DNA of 64,000 nt. It comes from an uncultured bacterium. Its GTDB lineage: Bacteria; Chloroflexota; UBA5177; JANWHV01. The stretch covers positions 384,001 through 448,000 of the forward strand of contig CAWHAE010000010.1 of the NCBI GenBank assembly GCA_963827235.1. The letters are read 5' to 3'. Below, one piece after another: positions 20,710 to 29,744 of the stretch. How positions within the stretch are numbered: position 1 is the stretch's first letter; every line of letters starts with the position of its first letter. Below the pieces are notes generated by a model. That model was not told the origin of the DNA and did not search any database. It worked only from the letters and a program-made list of their open reading frames with translations. The translations under genes and the position numbers were made by a program.

Positions 20710-21546
20710 TCACCGGTTGCCGAGCACGTGCTTGAGATGAGCCACTGACCTGCCAGCCTGTTCCACCGTTCCGCATTCGACCGAAAGCACGCCGGTGTAA
20801 TTAGCGTCGTCTAGTACGTCCACGACCTTGGCCCAGTCGACGGCACCGTCACCGCATGCGCAGCCCACCGGCGTGCCGGTCACACGACCGCGCTTCTCCT
20901 CGGCCATCTCGAAAGCAATGTCCTTCGCGTGCACGTGGACCACTCGGTCCACGACCTGCTTGAGATCGCGAATCGGATCGGAGCCGGCGAGGTAGCTATT
21001 CCCGGTGTCGAAGTTGATACGAATCCATGGTGACGGCACGAGCTCGACAATGCGGAGCAGGCCTTCGACCGTGGTCGAATACACTCCGTGGGGTTCGATG
21101 CCGACCAGGATGCCATAGCGTTCCGCCGTTTGCGCGACCACGGTGAGCGAGTAGCGCATTATCTCCCACGCCTGGTCTTCCTGCATCCAGGCTGGCTTGA
21201 TGCCCTCGTCCGTGTTGACCACCGGAGCTCCGAGATCCGACGCGTAGCGAATGGCCTGTCGCAAATACGGCACGCCCGCGTCAGGCCGCATTAGCGGCGC
21301 GTGCGCCGAAATGCCGGAAGGCTTGAGACCGGCCGCGGCCAGCTGGTCTCTGACCTCAATCGGGTCTTCCTCCATGGTGCGGAAGTGGTAGTAACCGGCT
21401 TCGATAAGCAGATCTCGTCCCGTCATGACGCAGGGTTCGAGATACTCGTAGCCAAGCTCGGCGGCCTTCGAGACAGCGTATTCGAAGGGTTTGTCCTCGT
21501 GTCGCACGAACTCCGCATTAATGCCTATGCCGATGTGACCAGCCAT
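20710..21546 (-). CDS. Sugar phosphate isomerase/epimerase (AP endonuclease 2 TIM barrel)
   Basis: VGIEPHG, INFDTGN, HVHAKD, CACGDGAVDW, LSVECG. Confidence 0.9.
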   Translation of the reverse strand: MAGHIGIGINAEFVRHEDKPFEYAVSKAAELGYEYLEPCVMTGRDLLIEAGYYHFRTMEEDPIEVRDQLAAAGLKPSGISAHAPLMRPDAGVPYLRQAIRYASDLGAPVVNTDEGIKPAWMQEDQAWEIMRYSLTVVAQTAERYGILVGIEPHGVYSTTVEGLLRIVELVPSPWIRINFDTGNSYLAGSDPIRDLKQVVDRVVHVHAKDIAFEMAEEKRGRVTGTPVGCACGDGAVDWAKVVDVLDDANYTGVLSVECGTVEQAGRSVAHLKHVLGNR

Positions 21547-21777
21547 CACGCCAACCTTTCGAGACGAAAAAGCAGAGCTGCCGAATTCAACCCTGCTCAC
21601 GGTTGCTGCGATTACCAGGCTTGACTGTGTCGAGCATACACGATCCGCGTGAGCAGTCGTGCGATTCGACGCACCCACCGCCTGGGATGCACGGTTCCGG
21701 GCGCGCCTGCCACCAAGCGACAGTCACTCTCTGTGACAGGCCACGATCCGTGGTAGACGCAACGCCGAACCGTCCCA

Positions 21778-22119
21778 CTACGGCTGGCCTATGCTGTCCT
21801 GCACCATCTCCAGGACCGTTTTCAAGTCAAACGGCTTGAAGGTCAGCGTGCTGTTCTCTTCGGTGGCCACGTAGCCGTAGTAGCTGCTGACGACCACGCA
21901 CGGCTTTTTCCGTGGAACCGACCTGCCTCGCATCGCGCCTACCGTGCTGGTGTGGTCCGTGGCCAGCCGGGGCATATCGCAGAGCACCATGTCCGCGCAC
22001 CGTGCATCAACCGGCAATCCGGCTCCCGCGACCAGACTGCGGTATCCGGCCAGCTCGAGAGCCTGGATCAACATGTGCCCCACGTCGGGATCGTCTTGCA
22101 CTACCAGTATTGTCTTCAC
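21778..22119 (-). CDS. Stand-alone response regulator receiver domain (divergent)
   Basis: KTILVVQDD, DMVLCD (phosphoacceptor), VVVSS, FKPFDL. Confidence 0.75.
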   Translation of the reverse strand: MKTILVVQDDPDVGHMLIQALELAGYRSLVAGAGLPVDARCADMVLCDMPRLATDHTSTVGAMRGRSVPRKKPCVVVSSYYGYVATEENSTLTFKPFDLKTVLEMVQDSIGQP

Positions 22120-22335
22120 GGCCGCGACCCTTCCCTTTGCGGTCGCGGACGAGCAGAGGGAGGACCACGCGAAGCTGGTAAGCCGACCCCATCATCCACG
22201 ACGTACCTACAGTACAGCGCCTGCGTTACGAATTCGTGTAGCGGCGACGCGTTCGGCAACTCGAGGTGACCAAGTATGCCACAGTGCATGCATTATGGAA
22301 GACGGATACGTCCTTAGAGAAGATCCGGCCGCGCC

Positions 22336-23337
22336 CTAGACGGCGTCCGGCCTTGCCGGCAGCCGGTCGTATCTGCCGAGCTCCTGGAAAGCGCGGATAC
22401 AATGCCGGTAGTTCTCGTCGGACATGCCGATCGAATGATATTCCTCGACGTAGCCGACGAATCCGCCGTTATAGCAGCCAAGATTGTCGACCAGCCTTCC
22501 CGCCTCGCGATAAATGTCTTCCCGGCGGCCGCTTATCGCCGTGGTTTGATAGCTGACGGGGCACATGAAGCAGACCCTGCCGCCAAAGTCCCTGCCCAGC
22601 TTCTCGACGTCGTAGAGGTTGGGCTGGCTGACGTTCAGCAGGTCGACGCCGATCTCGATGAAGTCTGGGATGATCTCGTAGTAATAGCCGCAGCAGTGGA
22701 AGTACACGTCGAGGCCCAAGCTGTGCGCCAGGTCGAACTGCCTCTTGTATCTTGGCTTGAAGAATCTTCGCCACAAAGTGGGCGAGACGATCAGGTTCAT
22801 CTGCGTGCCCCAGTCATCGAAGAAGGCCACCCCGTGGAAGCCGTGCTCCGGCAGTTGGCGAATCACGTCTTCCTCGAAGCCGAACACGAGGTCGGCGAGG
22901 CGCTCAGCCTGGTCGGGCTCCTCGTACAGGTCAACGAGAAGCTGCTCGAAGCCGCGCAGGAAGGTCATGATCGTGAACCCGGTCAGGACCAGGCTGGCGA
23001 CGTAATAGCGATCGCCGTATTCCTGCTGGATCGCGTCGACATGGGCAAATCGCGTGCGGTCGTGTCCGGAGGGCAGCGGCAGGTCCGGCAACTGCTCCCA
23101 GCTCGTCAGAATCGCCTTCCTGGGCTGGCCCATCGTCTCATCGCGTTGCTCCCAGGTGAAGCCCCATTCGGACCGCTTCTCTGTTTCACCCATGAAGTGG
23201 CGCACGACGTCGATCAGGATGATGTCGGACTGGTCCTTGTCGGCGTTGAAGAACAGAATGGGAACGCGGTCCGGGCCGGTCATGTGCACGGCCCGCCTCA
23301 CGCGGTCGAGCCTGTTCATTTGCGGGCTCTCCATCAT
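22336..23337 (-). CDS. Uroporphyrinogen decarboxylase/MtaA-like family protein
   Basis: PDRVPI, EWG, LRGFEQLLVDL, FFDDWG, FHCCG, IEIGVDLLN. Confidence 0.88.
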   Translation of the reverse strand: MMESPQMNRLDRVRRAVHMTGPDRVPILFFNADKDQSDIILIDVVRHFMGETEKRSEWGFTWEQRDETMGQPRKAILTSWEQLPDLPLPSGHDRTRFAHVDAIQQEYGDRYYVASLVLTGFTIMTFLRGFEQLLVDLYEEPDQAERLADLVFGFEEDVIRQLPEHGFHGVAFFDDWGTQMNLIVSPTLWRRFFKPRYKRQFDLAHSLGLDVYFHCCGYYYEIIPDFIEIGVDLLNVSQPNLYDVEKLGRDFGGRVCFMCPVSYQTTAISGRREDIYREAGRLVDNLGCYNGGFVGYVEEYHSIGMSDENYRHCIRAFQELGRYDRLPARPDAV

Positions 23338-23499
23338 ATGCTCGCCGGGAAACCGTCCTCATTCCACTGGCGGTCTTGACGTGGCTTCATCATCGCACAG
23401 CCGGCCTGAGCAGGAAAAGCCTGCCGGCGGCCGGCGCCAGGCGCGGGCGTGCCCCTCCTGCGACCGTCACCGGACGGCGACGCCCGGCTGGAAGGCGCG

Positions 23500-25068
23500 T
23501 CATCGCTCCCGCGCTGCGATCACGGCGTTGTAGAGCCACTTCTGGCGGGCCAAGGCATCCACGTATATCTGATGCCGCTCTTCGGAAGGCAGCAGGGAGG
23601 GTTCTAGCGTGGTGGCCACGGAATCCAGCCGGTCGATCGCGCCGAGGGCCTCCAAGGCCAGTATCGCGCTGCCTCTACTCGTCGCTTCGTCGAGGCTCAA
23701 GCGAGCCACCGGACAACCGAGAGCGTCGGCGATCATCTGAATCCAGGCGGGTGAATGCGCGAGAGCGGCGCCGCTGGCCACGATCTGGACCTCGTCTGTG
23801 TTCGACGTGTCCGTGCCATCAGCGGCCGCGGGCAGCTCGCCTCGCAGTATGCTCCAGACCTCGGCAAAGCGCAGGGCAACCGCCTCCATGCCCGCACGCA
23901 GGAGGTCGACAGGTCGGGTGTGGAGCGTGACACCGTCGAATACTGCGCTGGCACGTGATGCCCATCCGGTGCTGCGTTCCCCGGCCAGGAAAGGCAAAAT
24001 GGTCAGACCGTGGCTGTCAGGAGCCATAGCTGCCAGCTCAGCCTCGACAGCTTCCAGATCGGGAAGGTGCAGTGTGTCGCGCATCCAGGCGACCATGTTG
24101 CCGCCGGTACTGAGCACGCCGCCCATGGCAAGGCGACGGCGGTCAAGACGATACACCCATAGACCGTGCGGAATGGACACGCGATCGGACGGCCAGATCA
24201 CTCGCATGGCGCCGGATGTGCCGACCATCGCCACCACGCCCTCCGCCGTGCAGCAGCCGCTGCCGACATTGTTGGCAGGCCCGTCGGCCACGGCCGGGAA
24301 CCAGGGTATGGCGGAAAGGGGAGGCCAGCATTCGGCGTACGCGGGACGAAGCTTTCCCAGCGTCTCGGCCCGGTCGATCAGGGCGGGGAGCTGCGATTCG
24401 GTCAGGCCGACAGCCTGCAACATCTCCTGGTCCCAGCAACAACGGTGCTGGTCCAGCAAGCCCGAGCCCGAGGCTAACGAGATGGTGGTCGCGACCCGGC
24501 CGAACAGGTGGAAGTAGAGATAGTCGCCGAAGGACATCCAGGTGGCTGCTTGCCCGAACGTGGACGGATCGCCGCGTGCAACCCAGCGCAGCTTCGCCGG
24601 CGGGTAAGTGGCATGCAGCATGCAGCCCGTGCGCGCGTGTACGGCTTCCTCATCCAGCTCTGCCTTGAGCTCCGCCGCTCCGGCGGCCGCTCGAGTATCC
24701 GCCCACGTGTAGACCGGCGTGATGGCACGGCCATGGTCGTCGACTGCAAGCAGACTGTGCCAGAACGTGTCGACGGCCACGGCGCCGATGTGCCGGGCAT
24801 TCGTGCCGGCGCACCTCAGAAGCCTGTCGATGGCTACAAGTGCCAGGTCCACCATTGAATCCGCGTCGGCCTCTACGCCTCCGTCGGCCGTGGTGCGTAT
24901 GTGCTGCGGCACACAGACGGCCATCCCCTGGATGTCTCTGGCTCGAGCGTCGAACAGCATGGCACGTATCGAAGACGTGCCGACATCCACGGTCAGTACA
25001 AACGGCCGCCTGGCATCCTCGGCAGTAACGCTCTCGACGCGCCGGCTGCCAGAGGCATCCACGGTCAT
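23500..25068 (-). CDS. gntK: FGGY-family kinase, gluconokinase-like
   Basis: VDVGTSSIRA, TWADTRA, MVGTSGAMR, PFLAGERS, EATSRG. Confidence 0.8.
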   Translation of the reverse strand: MTVDASGSRRVESVTAEDARRPFVLTVDVGTSSIRAMLFDARARDIQGMAVCVPQHIRTTADGGVEADADSMVDLALVAIDRLLRCAGTNARHIGAVAVDTFWHSLLAVDDHGRAITPVYTWADTRAAAGAAELKAELDEEAVHARTGCMLHATYPPAKLRWVARGDPSTFGQAATWMSFGDYLYFHLFGRVATTISLASGSGLLDQHRCCWDQEMLQAVGLTESQLPALIDRAETLGKLRPAYAECWPPLSAIPWFPAVADGPANNVGSGCCTAEGVVAMVGTSGAMRVIWPSDRVSIPHGLWVYRLDRRRLAMGGVLSTGGNMVAWMRDTLHLPDLEAVEAELAAMAPDSHGLTILPFLAGERSTGWASRASAVFDGVTLHTRPVDLLRAGMEAVALRFAEVWSILRGELPAAADGTDTSNTDEVQIVASGAALAHSPAWIQMIADALGCPVARLSLDEATSRGSAILALEALGAIDRLDSVATTLEPSLLPSEERHQIYVDALARQKWLYNAVIAARER

Positions 25069-26042
25069 TCGGCGAGCAGGTCGCGCAAGGCGGCGACGAC
25101 CTGGGGGCAGTCGGGCACGATGGAGCGCTCCAGGGGCGGGCTGTAGGGCACCACGGTGAAGGTGCCGTTGAGCCGGTGCACGGGCGCATCCAGGTCGTCA
25201 AAGCCGCGGGCCGTCACCTGGGCGGCAATCTCGGCCCCGATGCCGCAGGGGGCGTAGGTCTCGTCCACCACCAGCAGCCGGCCCGTCTTGTGCACCGAGG
25301 CCAGGATGCTCTCGATGTCCAGCGGGGCCAGGGTGCGCGGGTCCAGCACCTCCACCGAGACCGCTTCCCGGGCCAGCGCCTCGGCCGCCTGCACGGCCAG
25401 CGGCACCATCGAGCCCACCGCCACCACCGTGGCCTGGCTGCCCGGCCGCACCACCGCCGCCCGGCCGAAGGGGATCAGCTCCTCCTCCTCGGGCACCGGC
25501 CCCTTGCTGTTCAGCAGGGTGCGCGGCTCCATGAACACCACCGGGTCGTCGCAGCGAATGGCCGTCTTGAGCAGGCCCTTGGCGTCCCGGGGCGTGCTGG
25601 GCACCACCACGCGAAAGCCGGGCAGCTGGGTGAACAGGGGATAGTAGTTGCCGGTGTGATGGGCGCCCGAGGAGTCGCCGATGCCGATGCAGCCCCGCAG
25701 CACGATGGGCATGGTGAGCCGGCCGTCGCTCATGTACTGCACCTTGGCCGTCTGGTTGACCAGCTCCCCGATGCCGTCCAGGGCAAAGTCGAAGAACATG
25801 TAGTCCACCACCGGCCGGCTGCCCGTCATCGCCGCCCCCGTGCACAGCCCCGTGAAGCCCCGCTCGCTGATCGGCGTGTCGCGCAGCCGCTCGGCGCCAT
25901 AGAGCGCGAACAGGCCCAGCGTGGTGCCGAAGTTGCCGCCCCGGCTGCCGATCCCTTCGCCCACCACGAACACCGTGGCATCGCGCGCCATCTCCTCGGC
26001 CAGCCCTTCGCGCGCCGCCGCCGCATAGGTCATCTCTCGCAT
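25065..26042 (-). CDS. 2-oxoacid/acetoin dehydrogenase E1 beta subunit
   Basis: DTPISERGF, GAAMTGSRPV, PRDAKGLLKTAIRCDDPV, VHKTGRLLVVDE. Confidence 0.93.
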   Translation of the reverse strand: MREMTYAAAAREGLAEEMARDATVFVVGEGIGSRGGNFGTTLGLFALYGAERLRDTPISERGFTGLCTGAAMTGSRPVVDYMFFDFALDGIGELVNQTAKVQYMSDGRLTMPIVLRGCIGIGDSSGAHHTGNYYPLFTQLPGFRVVVPSTPRDAKGLLKTAIRCDDPVVFMEPRTLLNSKGPVPEEEELIPFGRAAVVRPGSQATVVAVGSMVPLAVQAAEALAREAVSVEVLDPRTLAPLDIESILASVHKTGRLLVVDETYAPCGIGAEIAAQVTARGFDDLDAPVHRLNGTFTVVPYSPPLERSIVPDCPQVVAALRDLLAE

Positions 26043-26064
26043 GGCTCGCACCCCCACCGCCCTC

Positions 26065-27063
26065 TCAGGCCTCGCTATAGACGTGCCGGGTCGCCGTGCC
26101 GACCTCCGGCCAGGCACTCTGGGTGGCAAAGGTCACCGCCTCGGCCACCTCCGCCTGCACCGCCGCCTCCAGCGCCTCCAGCTCGTCTGCCGTCGCCTGC
26201 CCCTGCTCCAGCAGCCGCGTGCGCAGCCGCTGCACCGGACAGCGCGCCCGCCAGGACGCCACCTCGTCCCGCGTGCGATAGCCCGAGTCGCTCATCCCTT
26301 CCGAGTGCGGCCGCGTGCGGTAGGTCAGGCATTCCAGCAGGCTGGGCCCTTCCCCGGCCCGCGCCCGCGCCACCGCCTCCCCCGCCGCCTGGTAGACCGC
26401 CACCACGTCGTTGCCGTCCAGCCGCAGCCCCGGCAGCCCGTAGCCGCCGGCCCGCTCGGCCACCACCGGGTTGCCCGACACGCTGGCGAAGGGCACCTCG
26501 GTGGCATACAGGTTGTTCTCGCACACGTACACCACCGGCAGCTTCCAGGCCGCCGCCATGTTCAGCCCTTCGTGGAAGGCGCCGTTGTTGGCCGCCCCGT
26601 CGCCGAAGAAGGCCACGCTCACCAGGTCCGTCTTGCGCAGTTGGAAGGAGTAGGCCGCCCCGGTGGCCATCAGGATGCTCGGCCCCACGATGCCGCTGGT
26701 GCCCAGCACCCCCACCTCGGGCGCGAACAGGTGCATGCTGCCCCCGCGCCCGTGCGAGACCCCGGTCACCTTGCCGAACAGCTCCGCCACCAGGGCCCGC
26801 GGCGCCACCCCTTTGGCCAGGGCATGCCCGTGCCCCCGGTGCGTGCTCAAGATCACGTCATCCGGCCGCAGGTGGGCACACACCCCGCTGGCCACCGCCT
26901 CTTCCCCGATGTAGGTGTGGCAGGCCCCCGGGATCAGCCCCGCCTGGTGCGAGCGCGCCAACTGCTCCTCGCAGCGGCGGATCAGCACCATCTGCCGGTA
27001 CAGGGCCAGCAGCCGGTCCTTGTCCACCACCGCCGCCGCCTGCCCCGCCATCTGTGTCACCAT
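26065..27063 (-). CDS. ThDP-dependent dehydrogenase E1 alpha subunit (AcoA/PdhA-like)
   Basis: STHRGHGH, GRGGSMH, GDGAANNGAFHEGLN ThDP motif, CENNLYA, TYR..PHS. Confidence 0.94.
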   Translation of the reverse strand: MVTQMAGQAAAVVDKDRLLALYRQMVLIRRCEEQLARSHQAGLIPGACHTYIGEEAVASGVCAHLRPDDVILSTHRGHGHALAKGVAPRALVAELFGKVTGVSHGRGGSMHLFAPEVGVLGTSGIVGPSILMATGAAYSFQLRKTDLVSVAFFGDGAANNGAFHEGLNMAAAWKLPVVYVCENNLYATEVPFASVSGNPVVAERAGGYGLPGLRLDGNDVVAVYQAAGEAVARARAGEGPSLLECLTYRTRPHSEGMSDSGYRTRDEVASWRARCPVQRLRTRLLEQGQATADELEALEAAVQAEVAEAVTFATQSAWPEVGTATRHVYSEA

Positions 27064-27095
27064 ACGGCTCGTTCCTTTCCCGTGCCGCGCCGGCC

Positions 27096-28436
27096 CTAGC
27101 GCACCAGCCAGAGCGTCGGCCGCTCGATGAACTCCTTCACCCGCCGCAGAAAGCGGGCCGCCGGCGCGCCATCGACCAGCCGATGGTCAAACGTCAGGCT
27201 CAGGGCCAGCATCTTGCGCGCCGCCAGGGTGCCGCGCTCCTCGTCCACCACCACCGCCCGGGCCACGATGCGCCCCACACCCAGAATGGCACACTCGGGC
27301 AGGTTGATGATCGGCGTGAAGGCGTCCACCTCGTACATGCCCAGGTTGCTGATCGTGAACGTGCCCCCGTGCAGGTCCTGGGCCGTCAGGCGCCCGCTGC
27401 GCGCCGCCGCGATCAGCGCCGCCGACTGCGCGGCGATGCGGCGCACCGACAGGGCGCCCACGTCCCGCAGCACCGGGGCCAGCAGGCCGCGCTCCGTGTC
27501 CACCGCCAGCCCGATGTTGACCGTGCCGTGCTGCACGATCGTCTCCCCCTCCAGCGAGGCGTTCAGCGCCGGATACTCGCCCAGGGCCAGGGCCACCAGC
27601 CGTGCCAGCAGGTCGTTGTAGGACACCGCTCCCTCCCCCGCCGCCGCCCCCTCCGCGTTGATCGCCTGCCGCAGCGCCACCAGGGCCGTCGCCTCCGCCT
27701 CCGTGGTCAGGGTCACCGGCGCCACCGTGTGCGCGCTGGCGCTCAGCCGCTCGGCAATCAGCCGCCGCACCCCGCCGACCCGCGCGCTCGCTGCCTCGGC
27801 GACCGGCGCCGCCCCCTCGGCCGCCTGCGCCACGTCGGCCCGGGTCAGCCGCCGCCCGCCCGTGCTGGCCGCCAGCGCCGCCACGTCCACCCCGGCCTCG
27901 CGCGCCAGCCGCCTCGCCAGCGGCGTCACCCGTGCCGCCGCCGGCTGCTCCGCCGCCGCCCGCACGTCGCGCTCCACGATGCGGCCCGACTGCCCGCTGC
28001 CCTGCAACGGCCGCCAGTCCACCCCCAGCTCCCGCGCCACCCGCCGGGCCCGCGGACTGGCCGCTGCCGCCTCGCGCGTCTGGGCCGGCAGCCTCGTGTC
28101 CCCGCTCGGGCCGGCGACCGGTGCCTGGGCGCTCTCGGCCGCTGCCGGCCGGTCGACCGCCTCGGGCTGGCTGGGGCCGGGCAGGGCCTCGCCGGGAGCG
28201 AGCAGGTAGCCCAGCACGGTGCCCACCGGCACCACCATGCCCACCGGCGGGCAGCCGGGCGCGATGCGCAGGATGCCGCGGTCGATGGACTCCACTTCGG
28301 TGACCACCTTGTCCCCTTCGACCAGGCAGACCACGTCGCCGACCTCGACCTGCTCGCCGTCCTGCTTGCTCCACTCCACCAGGCTGGCTTCATTGCCGCC
28401 CCAGCCGAGCCGGGGCATCACGATGTCTACCGCCAT
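27096..28436 (-). CDS. Dihydrolipoamide acyltransferase E2
   Basis: Lipoyl domain VEGDKV, two peripheral-subunit-binding repeats (ASPRARRVA; TPLARRLA), TFTISNLG, FDHRLVDGA. Confidence 0.94.
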   Translation of the reverse strand: MAVDIVMPRLGWGGNEASLVEWSKQDGEQVEVGDVVCLVEGDKVVTEVESIDRGILRIAPGCPPVGMVVPVGTVLGYLLAPGEALPGPSQPEAVDRPAAAESAQAPVAGPSGDTRLPAQTREAAAASPRARRVARELGVDWRPLQGSGQSGRIVERDVRAAAEQPAAARVTPLARRLAREAGVDVAALAASTGGRRLTRADVAQAAEGAAPVAEAASARVGGVRRLIAERLSASAHTVAPVTLTTEAEATALVALRQAINAEGAAAGEGAVSYNDLLARLVALALGEYPALNASLEGETIVQHGTVNIGLAVDTERGLLAPVLRDVGALSVRRIAAQSAALIAAARSGRLTAQDLHGGTFTISNLGMYEVDAFTPIINLPECAILGVGRIVARAVVVDEERGTLAARKMLALSLTFDHRLVDGAPAARFLRRVKEFIERPTLWLVR

Positions 28437-28496
28437 CTCGCCACCCTCGTCGTCCTGCCCCTCGCCCCACCGCGCCTGCACGCCCCGGCAACATCA

Positions 28497-28531
28497 GTCA
28501 ACAGTATACACAGCGCTACCGCCCGGTGCAA
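28497..28531 (-). promoter_or_regulatory. Promoter with GntR-type operator overlapping -10 (E2/E1 operon)
   Basis: Minus strand TTGCAC-17bp-TATACT, embedded in TGTATACTGTTGAC. Confidence 0.7.
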
Positions 28532-28743
28532 TGCCACCCCCTGCTGCCCGGCGCCGCACCCACGCGCTCGCTCGCCACGGCACGCGCGGTGACCGTGGTC
28601 GCAGGAGGCGGCCATGACCACGGGCGCACCGCTCCCGCCGGGCGAGCACGGCTGTTCTCCCCGGCGAACCGCTCCGCCATCCCGGCCGGCCCGCCCGCTA
28701 CCCGAACGAGGTACCGAGGGCCGGCGGGCCGCTCGCCGCGCGG

Positions 28744-29517
28744 CTAGCCGGGCAGGTGCATGCTCACCGTCAGCCCGCCGTCCGCGAACAGCACGGCGCC
28801 CGTCACGTACGAGGCGCGCTCCGAGGCCAGAAAGACCGCGACATCGGCCATCTCGTTCGGCATGCCCACCCGCCCGAGCGGTATGTACCCCTCCAAGTTG
28901 AGGGGATAGGGTTCGAGCGCCGCGGCTCCGCGCCGCACGTCGATCGATCCGGGTGCGAGCGCATTGACGCGTATGCCCAACGGCGATAGCTCATCTGCCA
29001 GCGATCGCGTCATCATATTGATCGCCGCTTTGCTGGAGGCATAGTGGACATGCCCGTGGCGGGCGAGGACACTGTGCACGGACGAGATGAGCACGATGCT
29101 TCCCCGGCGCTTCGTGTCCCGCATGTGTGCGGCGGCGCGCCGAGCGCAAAAGAACATGCTCTTGAGATTGATGTCCTGCGTGCGATCCCAGTCTTCTTCG
29201 GTGAGATCAAACAGGGGACGCGGGTCGGTCAACCCCGCATTGTAGACGAGCACGTCGATAGCCCCGAGCGTGGCGACCGTCTCGTCGACCACCGCCTCCA
29301 CGTCGGCAACTCGACGCCCGTCCGCCGCGCACAGCAGGCAGCGACGCCCAGCGGCGCGCACCTCGGCGGCAACCTTCTCAGCACCCTCTTTGCTGGACTG
29401 ATAACTGATGGCCAGATCGGCGCCGGCGTCGCTGAATCCGCGTGCGATCGCGGCTCCGATGCCCGTTCCGGCCCCAATGACGGTCACTACCTTGCCCGTA
29501 AAGTCGATCGTATACAC
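28744..29517 (-). CDS. SDR family oxidoreductase
   Basis: GAGTGIG, YNAG, ISSVH, YASSK, NALAPG. Confidence 0.93.
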   Translation of the reverse strand: MYTIDFTGKVVTVIGAGTGIGAAIARGFSDAGADLAISYQSSKEGAEKVAAEVRAAGRRCLLCAADGRRVADVEAVVDETVATLGAIDVLVYNAGLTDPRPLFDLTEEDWDRTQDINLKSMFFCARRAAAHMRDTKRRGSIVLISSVHSVLARHGHVHYASSKAAINMMTRSLADELSPLGIRVNALAPGSIDVRRGAAALEPYPLNLEGYIPLGRVGMPNEMADVAVFLASERASYVTGAVLFADGGLTVSMHLPG

Positions 29518-29645
29518 GGTCGCTCCCTGTCACTTCACCATGCTGCCCATCGCATTGCACGCGCCTGGGCTGTTCGAGTCCGTTCTCGCGCGATCTCGGC
29601 AGGAAAGCGAGCATGGCGAGCCTGCGCGCCGGTGCGCCTGCCGGC

Positions 29646-29680
29646 TTGATCCTGTACTGGGTCGATTGTATACTGTCGAC
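29646..29680 (+). promoter_or_regulatory. Promoter with GntR-type operator overlapping -10
   Basis: TTGATC-17bp-TATACT inside GTCGATTGTATACTGTCGAC. Confidence 0.7.
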
Positions 29681-29744
29681 CGGAGTTGATCCAGCGCCGA
29701 TGCTGCGATGCGCGGCCGGACGCCGGCGCGCAATCGAGGGGAGA

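Noticed and set aside
25176-28592. 1138-aa plus-strand ORF
   Set aside because: Antisense shadow of the E1b/E1a/E2 genes in very GC-rich DNA; low-complexity Pro/Arg/Ala/His, no motifs.
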